A stretch of DNA of 63,724 nt, counting the filler, from Klebsormidium nitens (lineage: Eukaryota > Plantae > Klebsormidiophyceae), in NCBI GenBank assembly GCA_000708835.1. It is 8 parts of 8 records of this genome, joined end to end, with 100 filler letters (N's around TTAATTAATTAA, not from the genome) between each part and the next. Parts side by side here need not be neighbours in the genome. Positions count along the whole stretch, not along the records: positions 1 to 22,096 come from DF237899.1; positions 22,197 to 28,307 come from DF238379.1; 6 more parts are not named here. One strand, given 5' to 3'. This document shows positions 12,686-26,102 of this stretch, piece by piece. The notes beneath the pieces were generated by a model. It saw only the letters and a list, made by a program, of their open reading frames with translations. It searched no databases and was not told the DNA's origin. Each line of letters starts with the position of its first letter. Positions within the stretch are counted from its first letter, which is position 1. The translations under genes were made by a program, and so were the position numbers.

Positions 12686-14403
12686 CGGACAGATTACTTG
12701 GTTTTAGAAACTTTGAGAGAGGTTTGTCCGCTTCTCGGATATCAACCTGTACATAACTTTAGGGAAGACGTTAAAGAGACCAGGAGTAGGCGGCTGCGCT
12801 CAGTGCGACAAGTGATACGAATTTTGACGCCATGGACTTCTCGTGTGTAGAGCGAGGTCCATGTGTGCCATGACAAGTCGTTTCTTCTAGCCATGCGGCC
12901 ACGCGCTTAGTCGGGCCGCCATTGTTGCTTCTCAATTAGTGCCCTGCGAGGCACGTTTCTGATGAGTGCCGGTGCATGATGTATGCTTGGCTATGGGTAA
13001 CACTGATGCAAACGACGAGCGATAGCGCAGCAGCAATCCAATGAAGTTCGATTCCAGACCCTTTTATCCCGCGATTGAGGTTGCGTGCACGATTGGAGCC
13101 TGGCTGCTTGTAGAGTCCGCCAGCACGTCCCAGATGCCCAGTGAATCATGAAATATGGCTGCGATCAAAACAACTGACAGCAGCAATGACGTAGACATTT
13201 GTGGTCCGCGCTTGAAGTTTGCGGGATAGCCCGTCTGGCCGCACCGTAAAGCATGCGGATCGCGATGGCGGCTTGGGGCCCAGCGCCGCCGTTCCAACTT
13301 TTTAAGTTAGAGTCTAGATACATGAAGCTAGCTTTGGCTTCAGTACGAACTCAAACGCAGGGCAGCATTTGAACGCAGGGGCGGAAACTCCCTCAGTTTG
13401 GAACTCTGCAAAGGCAAACTCGCTTAGCTTACTAAGAGCACCTGCGCATCACAAGAGGCGCGCGGCGTACGATGGCAACGTGTGCCAAATTTTCAAGGAC
13501 ACTAATGTACGACCCTGATGTGTTTGAACGCAAATAAATGCCTCAAACTTCTTGTGGAACCTGCGCATTAAGATTCGCTGCGAGGTGATAGCGTCAGATC
13601 GAATGCCTGCAGCTTTAAACGAGAGAGGTATTGACATCACAGTGGGTTGTAACAACATGGTCGAAGTGGCCTCTCGCAACTTGACGAGGGTAAACTGCTT
13701 GACGAAAGAACGTCATGCGCTGCTTCACGCTGTGTGCAGATGTTGAAAAAAGGCGTGCAGACGATGGGCCGGGTTTGGCTTGGTTAAGTGTGCGGGGGCC
13801 AGGTCTTTTAAAAACTTAGTTAAGCCTTTGAAATCAGGTCACCTAAGATGTAATAGAAGAGCTAGGAATATGTAACCGAGCTGGGAAGTTAAGGGGTAAC
13901 CCTTCTTCTTGAACCTGGAATCAAAGTACTAGAGGGTACTAGAGTGCTTCAGTATCTTGAAGGGTCTACTGCGGAGTAGGGTTTCTCCTTAACCCAGCTC
14001 TATCACTTTCCGAAACTTATGCGCAGCAGAGTACTGCATCAGGAAGTCACATCAGGAACGGCGTTTGGGGCGCCCATGCGTTGGAGGCCGCGAGGGGTTT
14101 GATTAATAGCAGAAATTCCGGACTGGCGCAGGGGCTTCTTGCGCAGCTTCTTGCAGTTTCATGGGCGCAGCACGTCAGAAGCGCGTGATCTTTGCTTCGC
14201 GCATGCACCTTCTTCTGCAGTGCTTCGAGACGCTGCAAGAGCTTGATTCAACAGCAGGTCATGCATCTCTGGGAAGATGCTCTGCAATGAAGCAAACGAG
14301 TTCGGGAAAGTCGTCGAGTCTGGAGTAAGGGTGCTGTTTCTTTGAGACTGGCAAGACAACCTAAGGCAGCTTCTGAGGCACTTATCTGCAATTGACAGGA
14401 GCA

Positions 14404-15869
14404 ATGGATCTGCCGTTTGTGGAGCAATTTGTTTCTCGTGTCCTCTCCGCCGACCCCTCGCAGGTTTTAGACGCCATGGAGAGTCTTGATGAGCTCCGGG
14501 TCAAATTGAAGGAACATCCTGTGCGCTTCTCCAGGGTAAATCAAGAGATTGCCATCTACAAGCAGGGTGCCGTCATCAAGAAGCTCATCGAGCAGCTTTT
14601 CCAAGAGCAAGACAAGCTAGAGGCTCTGCATGATGCATTGTTTGAATCTCTCGCAGAACATTTCCGTTCAACGAACTCAGGGGAGGTTCTTCATTCCATT
14701 TTCAACCCAGATGTGCTAGATCCTCATAAGCAGGCTGCTTCCATCCTGGTCTTCTCGAGAATGGCAACCAGCAAGGTAGTAGCTCAGGTGTTCTTGTCCA
14801 AAGAGGAAGTAGTTGAGAGAATGATGCAAATATTCTCGAAAAAGTTAGGGCGGGTTGGACCATTCAGTGGATATTCCAGGGAGATCATGTACACACTCCA
14901 GGGCATCGCCAGTTTCGCTCAAGCATCAAAGCTGTTCCGGCAGAGTATGGAAGCGAACGGAATGAATCTCCTGCCTGCAGTACAGATACTGTGTTCGGAG
15001 TACATCTTGCCAGCAGAAGAGGACGAGATCTACGCATCAAGGGAGGCAGTGGCCAGAGTGATTGAGAGCTTGTCGTTTTCCATCGATAGCCGACGTTGGA
15101 TGATTGACGCGGGGTACATTCACGTTCTGGCAGAACTCTTCCGGACAAAACGCCCAGGGGAAAAAGAGACAAAAGACGTTATACTCAGGTCTGCTTTCTC
15201 GCTTTTGCGCCTCCTCGAATCCCAAGAATGCCTCAAGAAGATGAAAGAGTGTGATGTACTTTCCCTTCTAAGACCCGTCTCCAAAGTGCTGGAACTAGAT
15301 GACTTGCCTGGCGTCTGGAGTCACATTGAGAACAAACTTTCAGACGACGCGGGCAGCAAGCAAAAGATCCATTACGTTTTTACAACGCGCTTCTGGAAGG
15401 GCCTCAAGAGAGCCGACTTTGCCATTCGCACGGTCTGCTCGTGGAAGGACTGTGCCGCGGTAGAGTCGCATTCAGATACAGCTTTCAGCAAGTGCGGGCG
15501 ATGCGGTGTGGCACCATACTGCAGGTGAGTGACTTCTGAAGGTGTCGGTGTATCTGTTTGCTTGAAGAAACCGGTAGAGAGAAACTTTGATATATGTAGA
15601 GAAAATGCACCAGGTTTTTTGAATCTGGGGACAACAAAACACCGAAAGCGTTGCATTCATGAGCCAGGAACCGACGAAGCACCTGCCTCCGTAGATGCCT
15701 TGAAAAGTGTTTTGCCGCTTTTAACTGAAATGCTTTGTCGGGGCACTCAATTGGTCAGAACCCGCGTCTGATAGACGTTTTCTTTTTCCACAGCAAGGAG
15801 CACCAGAAGCTTCATTGGCCATCGCACAAGAAGCACTCCCTCTCGAAGGGGGAGAAGCCTTTAGGATAG
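14404..15869 (+). CDS. MYND-type zinc-finger protein with helical N-terminal region, copy 1; join(14404..15524,15794..15869)
   Basis: CSWKDC...FSKCGRCGVAPYCS|KEHQKLHWPSHKKHS across a phase-2 GT-AG intron; MYND signature C-x2-C-x4-YC-x3-(C/H)Q-x2-HW-x2-HK. Confidence 0.85.
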
Positions 15870-18066
15870 TCAACGCTGATGAATGTATCGTAGCCGGGGT
15901 GAGTTAGAGGCGAAATCAGAGAGGCAAGGACTCAGTGAAGGCGTGATTTTCCTGTCTTCGTCATCCAAAGTCCTAGCGTAGCGGCGTCGATGAATGTCGT
16001 AGCATGAGTCTTCTGCTTTGTCGAAGACAGATTTGCGGCTCGTATGTTCTCTACTTCACATTCAAATTACTAATATTCCTGGTTCAAGGCACAAGCTCGC
16101 GCAGATTCTGTTGTACGCAAGAATGCAATGGCTTTGTCGTTCAAAAATTGTCATATCAAGGCAGTCCAACCTCTAAGCGCGGGATCGATCCCTGAAAGAG
16201 CAAACATACTCTAATCGGATTTCTGGCATTAAAGCGGCTTGTCAGGCTTCTGATTGCTCTCACCGTTCTTACTTCAAGTCTTGCGTATTAGCTTGTAACT
16301 GAATGTTATGTGACTGATCACTGATGGAAAATTGGAGCCTTTTCATATGAGCATCTTCTCCATAGAAAGGACATCAGTGGATTGCACATCGGCCTTCGCA
16401 GTCAGTCTCTCCGCCTACTCAAGGAATCTAGACTTCTGGGCACAAAAAACAAGCTACAAAAATGGTTTTGCTACAGGACACACGGGGAAAGAGATTCGGG
16501 CCAGAGAATATGATGAGGCATTTTCGAACTCCACATCTCGAACCCGCTCATGTTGTTCAATTCAGTTCTTCAATGAACGAAACGTAATCGTGAATGTAAG
16601 TGTTGCGCCGCTATTATTTAGATCGCCCGCAGTTCCTCGTAAGTGCCATCTCCTTCGTCCCGTAGTCATGCGCCCTACCAAAGTCCTTGCAAGCTCGAGC
16701 AAGTTTCCTAAGCACAGGACGCTATGCTTAGGGTAGTCGGCAGTGCTTCAGCGGGCTGCAAACGTCTACATAGCTATATTCTCTGCACAGCTTGATTTTT
16801 TGAAGTTTTCAGTCAATCGCTGGCTTCGTCGTTCCTACAAGTACAGTAATTCAGACTAAGTCGTTCAGCCGCCAGATCCAGGAAAACAGAGTCAAAAAGC
16901 CGCTCATCTGCAAACCACGTGCCACCATATCTCAGATCTGCAACGGTGCTTGAGTAAAGGGCAATCGCGACTTAATGATGCATCTTGTACTGCAGCCGTG
17001 CAATCCCGTTCAGGTGATCTGCGTCGTTTCAGCTAATCTTCGACTCTATACTGGAAACGGACACGAATGCCACAAGTGTTCAACCAACCGACGACGCTCA
17101 CGGTTACTACAGTAGATTGTAGAGAGATGCAGATGCGGCCGCCCGGCCCAAGCAGCGCGCGCAATCAGAACCGCGCGCGGCCGGCTCGATCGATTTAACC
17201 GACGGGAGTGGGCAGTTGAAGTAGACTCGTATTTTATGTGCCGTTAGCTCCAGATCATTCAAAAAGAGGGGCAACATAAGTACAGTTTCCAAGGCTGTAT
17301 CTGACCCTGATCTAACCATGATGATTGCAAATGGATCAAGGTTTCAATGCAATAGACAGTCTGGCATACATCTCTGATCTGGACATCGCAAAAAAATAGC
17401 TTTGCTCGGACAGAGATCACCGACTGATCCAAAATAAGCTTAATCAAAAGTCTCAATGAATGGGATGCCTTGACTTTGCTGTACACTGCATTGATTGAGA
17501 TCCACCATTTGTCCGTTCAATCTTGGAGCAAACTCTGAGAGAATGGCTTTCCGACCGGCCCTTGATTGCAAAGCGCAACTGTGAATTTGGAAAAACCGCG
17601 ACTTGTCATCAACGTGAATATATGTAAACGGTATCATGCAGTTGACTGATCATGAGGTGAATGAGCAGATAAAGCACATGCAGATGCCTCAACAGAATAT
17701 CCTGCATCCTCAATCGAACACCCTTCCATAGTGCAAACTCGCGTGGGATATCGAGAATATGCAGACTTTGCACGTATTGCAAGGATCGTGCTACTGCAGC
17801 TGAGCGATAGACCGAGAGCCATTGCAAGGCTACCCGTTCCAGAAAGAGAGAAACGGAGATCTCCGATCGATCAACGGATTACGAGTTCTCGAGATGGCCC
17901 ATTGGTCACTTTCACAAGCTTCACAGTTACGCTGAACCCGACCTTCTATTTATGACACTGCAAGAACCTAAACGAGAAGATGCTCTTTGCATGCCTCATG
18001 CATCTTTTAAGAGCTCGCTTCCCTGTGCTTGCACTTGGTTCGACCTTGCAAAGAAGTGGGCACTAT

Positions 18067-19585
18067 CTACTTTCCAAAAGACGCCTCTGCTTTTGACAAG
18101 CAGTGTTTCTTGTGCGCTGGCCAATGAAGCTTCTGGTGCTCTTTGCTGTGGAATAAACAGTCAAAGCTCAGACACCGCTCTCGCCGAGACATGTCGTTGG
18201 AGTCCATGGTCCTAATTTTAGATCGTTCGTTGCCTCAAACCCGAGTGATGGAAAGGAAAGTGCGATGAAGCATTGCTTATTATCTGGTCCTTCAAAGGGA
18301 GCAACTAGCTCCCGACATCAGCAGTGACCATCATGATGATTTCCATATCTGCAACGAGAACCAGCTTCCTTGAGTACAGACATCTATAAGCAAGGGATAT
18401 AAACATATAGGAACAAAAACTGCGATAAGCGACTTACCTGCAATAGCGTGCCACACCGCATCGCCCGCACTTGCTGAAAGCTGTTGTTGATGCCGACTCT
18501 AGCGCGGTACAATCGCCCCACGAGCAGACCGTTGGCACGGCAAAGTCGGCTCTTCTCAGGGACTTCCATACAGGGTGTGATCCTTGGAAACTTGGCAGAA
18601 CCTCTTTCAAGTTCTTGTCGTACGCGTCGTCCAGCAGTTTGTTCTCGAGGTGACTCCAGAAGCGAGGAGTGTGATTGTCCAGTAGGCTGGAGTACGGTTT
18701 CAGAAGCGAGAACACATCAGACTCCCTCATCTTTTGTAGACACTCCTTCGATTCGAGCAACCGCAGCAGTGAGAAAGCACATCTACTTATCACGTCTTCC
18801 TTTTCAGCTTTGTTGGCGGGCCTCTCGAAACGGAAGAGCTCTGTCATAACTTGAAGATCACCTGTGTCGATCATCCAGACGCGGCTGTCTGATGACAGTG
18901 CTAAGGTTTCAATAAGTCGGGCCAGTGACTCCGTTGACGCATAAACTTCTTCCTCGCTCAAGAAGAAGTAGTGCTTGGACAACAGCTTTTGGACTGCAGG
19001 CAGCAGATTCATGTTGATCGCTTGCATCTCCTGCCGGAACAGCTTCGATGCGTGAGCAAAGTTGGCAATCCCTTGAAGAGTACAGACGACATCCCTAGAG
19101 TCAGCAGTGACCGTTTCAATACGCGCTATCTTCTTGGAGAGGTTGCGTGCCAGCTTCTTCACAACATCTTTGTTGGTCAGGCACGTTTGTGCGACTACCT
19201 TGCTGGTTGCCAGCCTCGAGAGGACCAGGATCGAAGCAGCCTGACTTTGAAGGTCTTGTGTAGGTGGGAGTACAATCATAGATGACAACCCGAGCTGCTC
19301 TATACTTGTACACCCGAACAAATCGGTGACAGATTTGAGGCATGCACTAGTATAAGCGTCGAATTCTTCCTGCTCTTGAAGCAACTGCTTGGTAAGGTTC
19401 TTGATGATTGAACCCTGTCTATAGATGGCCAGCTCCTGGACAGCTCTCGCAAAGCGCACACGTTCGCCCAGCAGATTGCGCGACCTCGTTCTGGCCTCGT
19501 CGAGAAGCTTCAAGGCTTCCAGGAGCTTCGAAGGATCATCAGAGAGGAACCGAGAGGCAAAACTCTCCACAAACGCCGAATCCAT
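18067..19585 (-). CDS. MYND-type zinc-finger protein, copy 2; complement(join(18067..18145,18438..19585))
   Basis: Colinear paralogue of copy 1 (FVESFASRFLSDDPSKLLEAL..., AASILVLSRLATSKVVAQ, AFSKCGRCGVARYCS|KEHQKLHWPAHKKHC) with the same intron position and phase. Confidence 0.85.
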
Positions 19586-21470
19586 GCGCGTGTTGCCCGA
19601 GCACCTTGCCGGTGAAGTGAATGAGAGACAGCAACCTTACTCAAGGGGGCCCTCTATGCTGCCTGGATGCAGAGTTTTATTCTCCGAAGAAAGAGCGCTC
19701 GTGCGCCTGAGAATCTGAGGTCGTGCGCCTTGCAGAGAACCAAAGGAAATCAATGTTGTTGTACAGGAGTGAAAAAAGAGCTTGTCTAAAGGCTGGTCCT
19801 AAGGAGCCATCGGCGCTGCGCTCAGAAGATCCCTTCCTAGTCCGCTTGAAAGCGGCGCCGCGATCGACTGTTGCCTCACTGACGCTGAGAAACGAAACTC
19901 TTTGCGAACCTCCTGAACCACCGCCGAAATAAACATCACGCTTGTGCAGCTGAGCTCGCGCCGAACATCCGGGACACTGCATTGCATGCACCGTCTGAAC
20001 TAAAATGAAGGTTCTGTTTCGGTTCAAGCGACTTCGTCGAGTTCTTTGCTGATGTCGATTTCGCGATCTTCACGACGAACTCACCGCTCAGCCTCAGAGG
20101 CAATTTAGAGACCACTCGCCCACGAACTTTCGCATGCATGGTTGCAATATTGCCGGCTGGTAGAACGGGCCGTACGCATGCGCAGACTTGCGTCTATTCA
20201 ATCTGCCGCTATCTCCATCCGGTATATGTCTGCTAGACACGGATTGTCGATCGAGGGTGATGCTGAGATTTGACATGCTATCATATGGGAGGCACATGCG
20301 CTATCTCGAGATCTCAGCTTCAAGCGGTGCGGTGTGAACCCTTGATTTTAATTGCTCAAAGCCTAGGTAGTCAGGTCCAGATTCATGCATCAGGATTTTG
20401 CAATCAGCGCGGCGGTAGCATGAACATGGAGGTCGGCTGATGGCTCCGACGCATGCCATCAACGGAAGTCCCGGGCCGACTTAAGAATGGCCATCGAGCT
20501 TGCGCGCCGCAGGGGAGCGCCTGTATACGAGCGCCTGTACATGGTCACTCGGGCCGATGCAGACTCACCGACGCCTACTTAGTGGCTTTGGATGAGACGA
20601 GATTGAAATGATCATGCAAACCACTAACATCAGCCGGAGAGGCGGCCACTCGCTTCAAACCTGGATATAGGCGCGTCTGCCCTTGCACAAAAAGGACCCT
20701 ATGCTAAAACCGCCCTAAGCAATTTCGGGACCCCTTCCATAAAACATTGAAGACTTCGAGGCCTTTCCTGGACCCCTATAGCAGAACGGAAGGTGCGCTT
20801 TTGAGAGTTTCAAAAGCGAGCAACTACACCCACGATGGTCAGAAACGGGCCGCACAAATGCAGAGAAAAGGTAATTCAAGCGTACCGATTCTAAGGGTCC
20901 ATGTACTGAAGCTCTAATGCAGGTGCTGAAGGAAATGAAGACAGATCACAGAAGGCATATCCCGACCCTATTATAAAACTTGATGCTGCCATTTTGCAAC
21001 CCCTTTACGCAAAACCAGTGTTTTAGCTCAGCTGCATATCTTATACCCTTCTGTCGACGCGGCTCTCTTCCATATAAGCTATGCCCCAAGTGAGAGTGAC
21101 CGCCTCTCCCATCAGCCGTAGCTACGTCTGTAGCTGTGCAAGTCAGCAGCATGGCCGCCAGCTCATGCAGTGCGCGCGCGCCAGCCTGTTGCATGCTGCT
21201 GCCGCGCCTACGCGCGCGTACCGTACGTACCAGGCTGAGACGGACTCCGAGCCTAGGCCGCGGCTCGCGCCGCCGCTCGATCATTCAAGTTCGCGAACTT
21301 GAATCATCGGTCGCCGGGTTTCAATGGCCGGACGACTCTGGGACGCGCGGCCGCGAAGTGGCCCGACCGGCCGGCGAGAACAGGCTTCAAGTTGAAGCCG
21401 CGCCGCCGGTGCATGCCAGCACTGCGTGCGCATTGCGGATGATTGCCTACTACCTACCGTAGTACCGTAT

Positions 21471-21725
21471 TGGCACGACCCTTTCACACCAAAAATAATT
21501 ATTCTGGGCTTGTGTGAAAAAAATAAATAATTCTGAACAGGCCGGTGTGAAATTGTGAAAGCTGGTTAGGGTTGCGGTTCCATGCAAAAAGCAAGGTTTG
21601 CACTGCTAACTTCCTAGGGTTTTCTCTATGGTGTGAACTTTCGGAATTGGTCGGTGGGCTGGTGTGAAAAAATGAAAGCGAAAAAATAATAGTTCGCAGC
21701 GAGTAGGTGTGAAAGGGTCGTGCCA
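21471..21725. mobile_element. MITE-like element, ~255 bp, with 20-bp perfect terminal inverted repeats
   Basis: TGGCACGACCCTTTCACACC (21471-21490) and GGTGTGAAAGGGTCGTGCCA (21706-21725). AT-rich non-coding interior carries four more GTGTGAA motifs. No clear TSD. Confidence 0.6.
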
Positions 21726-22096
21726 CTACCGGTAGTACGGTACTACCGGCAGTACGGCAGTACCGGTAATACACTGCATGCCTATGCATGCGCTAGAACT
21801 TGGAGAGGGCACCAACAGATGGTTGGCATAAAATGAGCGGCCGAGATTCGTCACAAAAATCGCCTGCCAGATCGGACGGTTCCCACGCGCTAAAGGCTAG
21901 AGTTCCGGCACTTTGACGTTATTTAGGAAGCTTGTCCCGCAGAGGATTCCCTGTACGGCACCCCTGAGGTCGAGACGGGCGGAAACCAGGGAAACTTTTA
22001 CTCCGGCCGGGCAACCACATGATATAACCGCTCGTGAAACCGCTCGAAAACGACCCACGTTGCACGCTTTAAAACGAGAATTGACTAAACTACGTA

Positions 22097-22196
22097 NNNN
22101 NNNNNNNNNNNNNNNNNNNNNNNNNNNNNNNNNNNNNNNNTTAATTAATTAANNNNNNNNNNNNNNNNNNNNNNNNNNNNNNNNNNNNNNNNNNNN
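22097..22196. other. Assembly gap with artificial TTAATTAATTAA linker (same pattern near 28.35, 34.2, 40.63, 57.0, 59.5 and 61.68 kb)
   Basis: Identical 12-mer centred in N-runs. Confidence 0.95.
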
Positions 22197-23226
22197 CCTC
22201 CGGCTGACCGCCCGCAGCGGCCGGAGTGGCCGGGAGGTCTTCTTCGTAGAGGGGGGCGTTCGGCCCCAGGACGTTTTGGTAGAGGGCAGTGACCATTTGG
22301 CGCAGGGGGATGGGGCGCGCTGGCTTGACAGACCGGCCGGGGTGTTGCGCGTCCCAGTTCCGCTCCACTCCTTGGCTTTGTTGATGGAGAGGATGCAGCG
22401 CTCCACCGAGGCGGCGTCCTGCATGGGGAAGAGGTGGTGCTCGACAGCGATGATCCGCTTGTCGATCTTGCCCGCGTGCTTTTCCTTGTTCTTGAGGGGG
22501 ATGCGGCGCTGGATGAGGCAGATGATGAAGCCGATGACGTCCTTCTTCCATTGGTCCGTCATTTTCCGGAACTCGGGGAGGTCATCATCGCTGGTGATGA
22601 CGTGGGTCTTGTGGAAGGGGATGAGGCGGTCCTTGCCCGGGGCTGCCTGGCGCGGCAGCTGCATGGAGTTGAGGCGGCCCGTCCCGCAGGACCTGAGTGT
22701 CTTCTGTGCAGGGGGGCGGGTTCTCTGCATAGGGGAAGATGGGGAAAAGGTCATCCCACTCTTCCTCTTCCAGTTCGGTCAGGTCCTCGCTGTCTGTTCC
22801 CTCCGTTTCCGAGGGAACGTACGCGTCTCCCGAGCTGCTAGAAAGACTTTCTTCTACGGATGACTCTGATTCTGTCCCTGAGCATGCCTCTGAGCCCTCT
22901 GATTTTGACGATTCTGAAGACATGGCATTGTCTTGGGCATTCATTCCTGCCACTATTCCCGAGGGAATGCTAAGTTCTTCTTGCTCAGAAACGTCAATGA
23001 CATCCTTGGTGGGCGGCGGCTGCGACCCACTGGGCTCGTTTGGATTTTGTTTTTCCTGCGTTTCCTGATTCTGGGCTTCCTCAAAAGGCAATTCTACAGA
23101 CTGCCCACCTGCTGCATCGTCCTGCTCCTTGTCCTGCGCACGCCTCTGCGCCGCGCCAGATGTCTCTGCAGCGATCCCCCCCTTTCCCCGCTCCTCCTGA
23201 TTCCTGGGCCGAAGGTTTGGCGCCAT
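22197..23226 (-). pseudogene. Frameshifted acidic/Ser-rich ORF (MAPNLRPRNQ...), probably repeat-derived, running into a gap
   Basis: Protein-like segments continue across three different frames (ORFs 22585-23433, 22149-22754, 22141-22551). No recognisable catalytic motif. Confidence 0.35.
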
Positions 23227-26102
23227 GGTGCGTGGACGTTGCGGCGAAATGATGTGCTGGTGGCAGGGGGTGACTGCTGACTCTGCGGTCAAGCTGAGAA
23301 GGGAAGTGGCTGCCTCCGCAGCCCTTGTGGTTAAGACAAATGGTGAACTGCCCCTGGATAGGGTGACAGCTCCTAAGGGAACACTTGGCTTCAGGAGTAG
23401 ACTCAGCCATGTCTTGCAGCAGGATTTCTTCAAGCCGAAGGGCAGACTTGAAGTCGACTGTCAAGTCGACGTTTCCAAGCTTGGATGTAAGCTTGCTAGT
23501 CACTTTGTGACGTTGGGGCATGCTCGTGCATGAGTCCGCAAGACTCGCACGTGCTGCCTTTTCTAAGTGGATTGTCAAGGTACTTGACTCCTTTGGACAT
23601 CCACTAGACTCAGCTGCAGGGCTGGTAACTAGTGTGGGGCTTCTAGCAAGTTTAGTGTTAATAGTTAACTTGGCTTGGGCCCCTTCTGACTCAATGTTTG
23701 AACTAGACTGGGCTGACGAACTAGACCCGGTGGGTCTAGGCGTCATTGCTGCTAACTGAGCAATTTGTTTGGCTTGTTCCTCTGCTGACAGTGACTGGAA
23801 CCCAAAATCATAACCACGGGGATCCCTTTTGAGCAGAGCTTGGAGTTCCGGATGGGGATTCTTGTAGCTATTAGGATTTGGTTCTGCTGGGGGTGTTCTA
23901 GGACTGCCTATCCATTGTGGATCGGCAGGATCCTTCCAATATTCATAATCCTTATGATATTTATTGGTTACGATTGATGGTAGCTTAGCCAATTCTTCTA
24001 ATTCCCTAGTCAATTTTAATACTACGCATATGTTTTTCACGTTCCTCCTTTCTTCGTTGAGCGTCAGTCCTGAGTTGATCTTTTGGTATGAAATATGGCA
24101 TTTCTCGAGCTTCAGCTTTTGCAATTTCTAGTGATCGAAAAGTGTCCGATTTTTCAGTATAATTGATAGTGTTATTATTGTTGTCATCCCCCCCCCTCGC
24201 ATTGGAACGAAATTTCTCAATTTCCTCGCTGGGGCGAAAACTCAATGGCATGTCGGGATTTCGCCTGGGAAATTGCGTTTCAGTGCGCTGTCGGGAGTAT
24301 TTCTTTTCTGTTCGTTTTCGTTCACGCTTTTTGGTGACGGTTGCCGGTTCTGGTTTGGTTAACTTGTCTTTATTGCGCTTGCGCTGAGCCGCTTTGGCTT
24401 GTGTTTCATCATGTATTTTATTTTCGAGATTCTCCAAATCAAATTCGAATTGTTCAATTCTGTCTTGATTTTCCACAGCCTGCGCGTGCGCCTGCTTGAC
24501 ATGTATTGGTAGGGGATTTTCTGATGCAATCTCATGAGAACTGGCGGGGCTGGATCCCCGGGAGGAATATGCGTTTGAGATTTGATGGCGCTTTTCATCC
24601 TCTTTCCAAAGTTCCTTTTTGTGTGCGCTATCATTGGTCCCTCGGTTGTTCCGGCGGCTGTGAACGGCTGCGGAACTCCGAGTGGGTTGATTACGTGGCC
24701 GTGTGGCCAGCTCAGGATGTAATGCGATGCATTGAGATGAATCATGTGTGTTTATCTGATGATGTGTACACCATGGTTTGCCAGGAATTTGTTGATTGAT
24801 AGGTCCATTTGTAACAGGTCGGTTTGGACATTGGGCAGCTTGGTGCCCCATTTGATGACATCTGAAACATGGGCCAGGTTGGAACTTTGAAGTGGGCGCA
24901 GTCTGCGCTGTTTTGGCACTTGTTTTATGGGAATTACTCCGGCAGTTAGCTGCTGAGTGTCCTATACGTCCGCAAAGTTTACACTTTGGCCTGTTGCTCC
25001 TAACTTTATTATCAATCTTAGGATGGTTATTATTAGTAGAACTATTGTTAGATGTAATGGTCTTTGGGTTTAGTAACTTCTCTTGGTTTATAATCTTCTC
25101 AAGCTTTTCAGCCTCTGACCGTACTAGTTCTACTGTCCATGTACTAATGTCTTCATATTGAAACTGTAACTTTGTACGCAACTTAGACTGTATGTTCCAC
25201 GGCAAAGCATTGAGCAGCTTCTCAGCTGCCTGCGTTTGTGGTTGCTTAAGGTCTCACGCTAATTTGGACTTACGTTGACTAGCTGTAGTAATTGAATCAT
25301 TCTCCTCCACCTTGAAGTCTCCATAGGCTTGTATCTTGGCAGCTAAATCCTTTGGATATGCCTGCAAAAGACGAGCCCACAATTTAGTGACTGGATCACC
25401 GAGGAAGGTTGTAATTGTTGGAGGTTTCGGTGGCAAAGCTGGCCGGACAACCGTTCCGCGTTGTTCTGCGGTCTGGGCGTCCCATGCAGCTATGGCTTGT
25501 TCCTGAGTAAGTTTGTCTCTAAGGTAATTGGATTGCAACGCCGCATTGTGTGTTGCTAACTCTTCTTCCTTTTCTGTGAGAAGGGCAAGGCAGGTATCAT
25601 GGGCTGCCCCGCCCGTTTTGGACATGATCACATGAAACTTATCAGTGGTGGTCAGTCTGTCATAACCTAACTGCAACTTATGCGTGGCCTCCCAGGCTGC
25701 ATAAGTTGAACGCAGGTCGTCCAAAGTGACAGACGATTTTGGCTCTCCTGTGAACTTATGATTAAATGAATCAAGTTCTTTGAGTGCCATGCTTACTGTA
25801 ACGGATGATCCTGAGTCTGCTGAATCAATTCCTTCAGACGCGTCAGTGGCCTGAGTGACAGCAAAGGTCTCACCTCGTACGCTTCTTTGTTGGCGGTTCC
25901 CCCACTGGATAAAGGGTGGCCGCGGCCCTTCGGTCCTGTACGATGAACCTTGGGCGTAAGGATTCTGAAGTTCTCTGCGGAGTTGGTATCCGTCTTCAGA
26001 ATTTAAATTGGACATGGATATCCTTTGTTGTTTTGGATATCCAAAATGTTGTTGCCTAAACTGTTTTGGGCAGCAACAATTGTACTTGGGTTGTCTGTCC
26101 AA
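23081..26102 (-). pseudogene. Retroelement gag-like gene with two CCHC zinc knuckles, interrupted by an in-frame TGA at 25254-25256 and a frameshift near 24006-24124
   Basis: CKLCGRIGHSAANC and CFRCHQMGHQAAQC (C-x2-C-x4-H-x4-C) plus WCTHHQINTHDSSQC. ORFs 25254-26102 and 24006-25205 share a frame (...KSKLA*DLKQPQTQAAEKLLNALPWNIQ...). The sense strand is A-rich and intronless. No RT/RNase H/integrase motif is visible. Confidence 0.65.

Noticed and set aside
22141-22152. TTAATTAATTAA palindrome recurring seven times as a biological motif
   Set aside because: Always centred in N-runs; it is a scaffolding linker. ORFs spanning these gaps (poly-X translations, '...LIN' endings) are artefacts.
23440-23560. 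Retroviral aspartic protease (SLADSCT)
   Set aside because: Lacks the invariant Gly of D-[ST]-G and a convincing downstream G-x-D motif; mentioned only as a weak hint.
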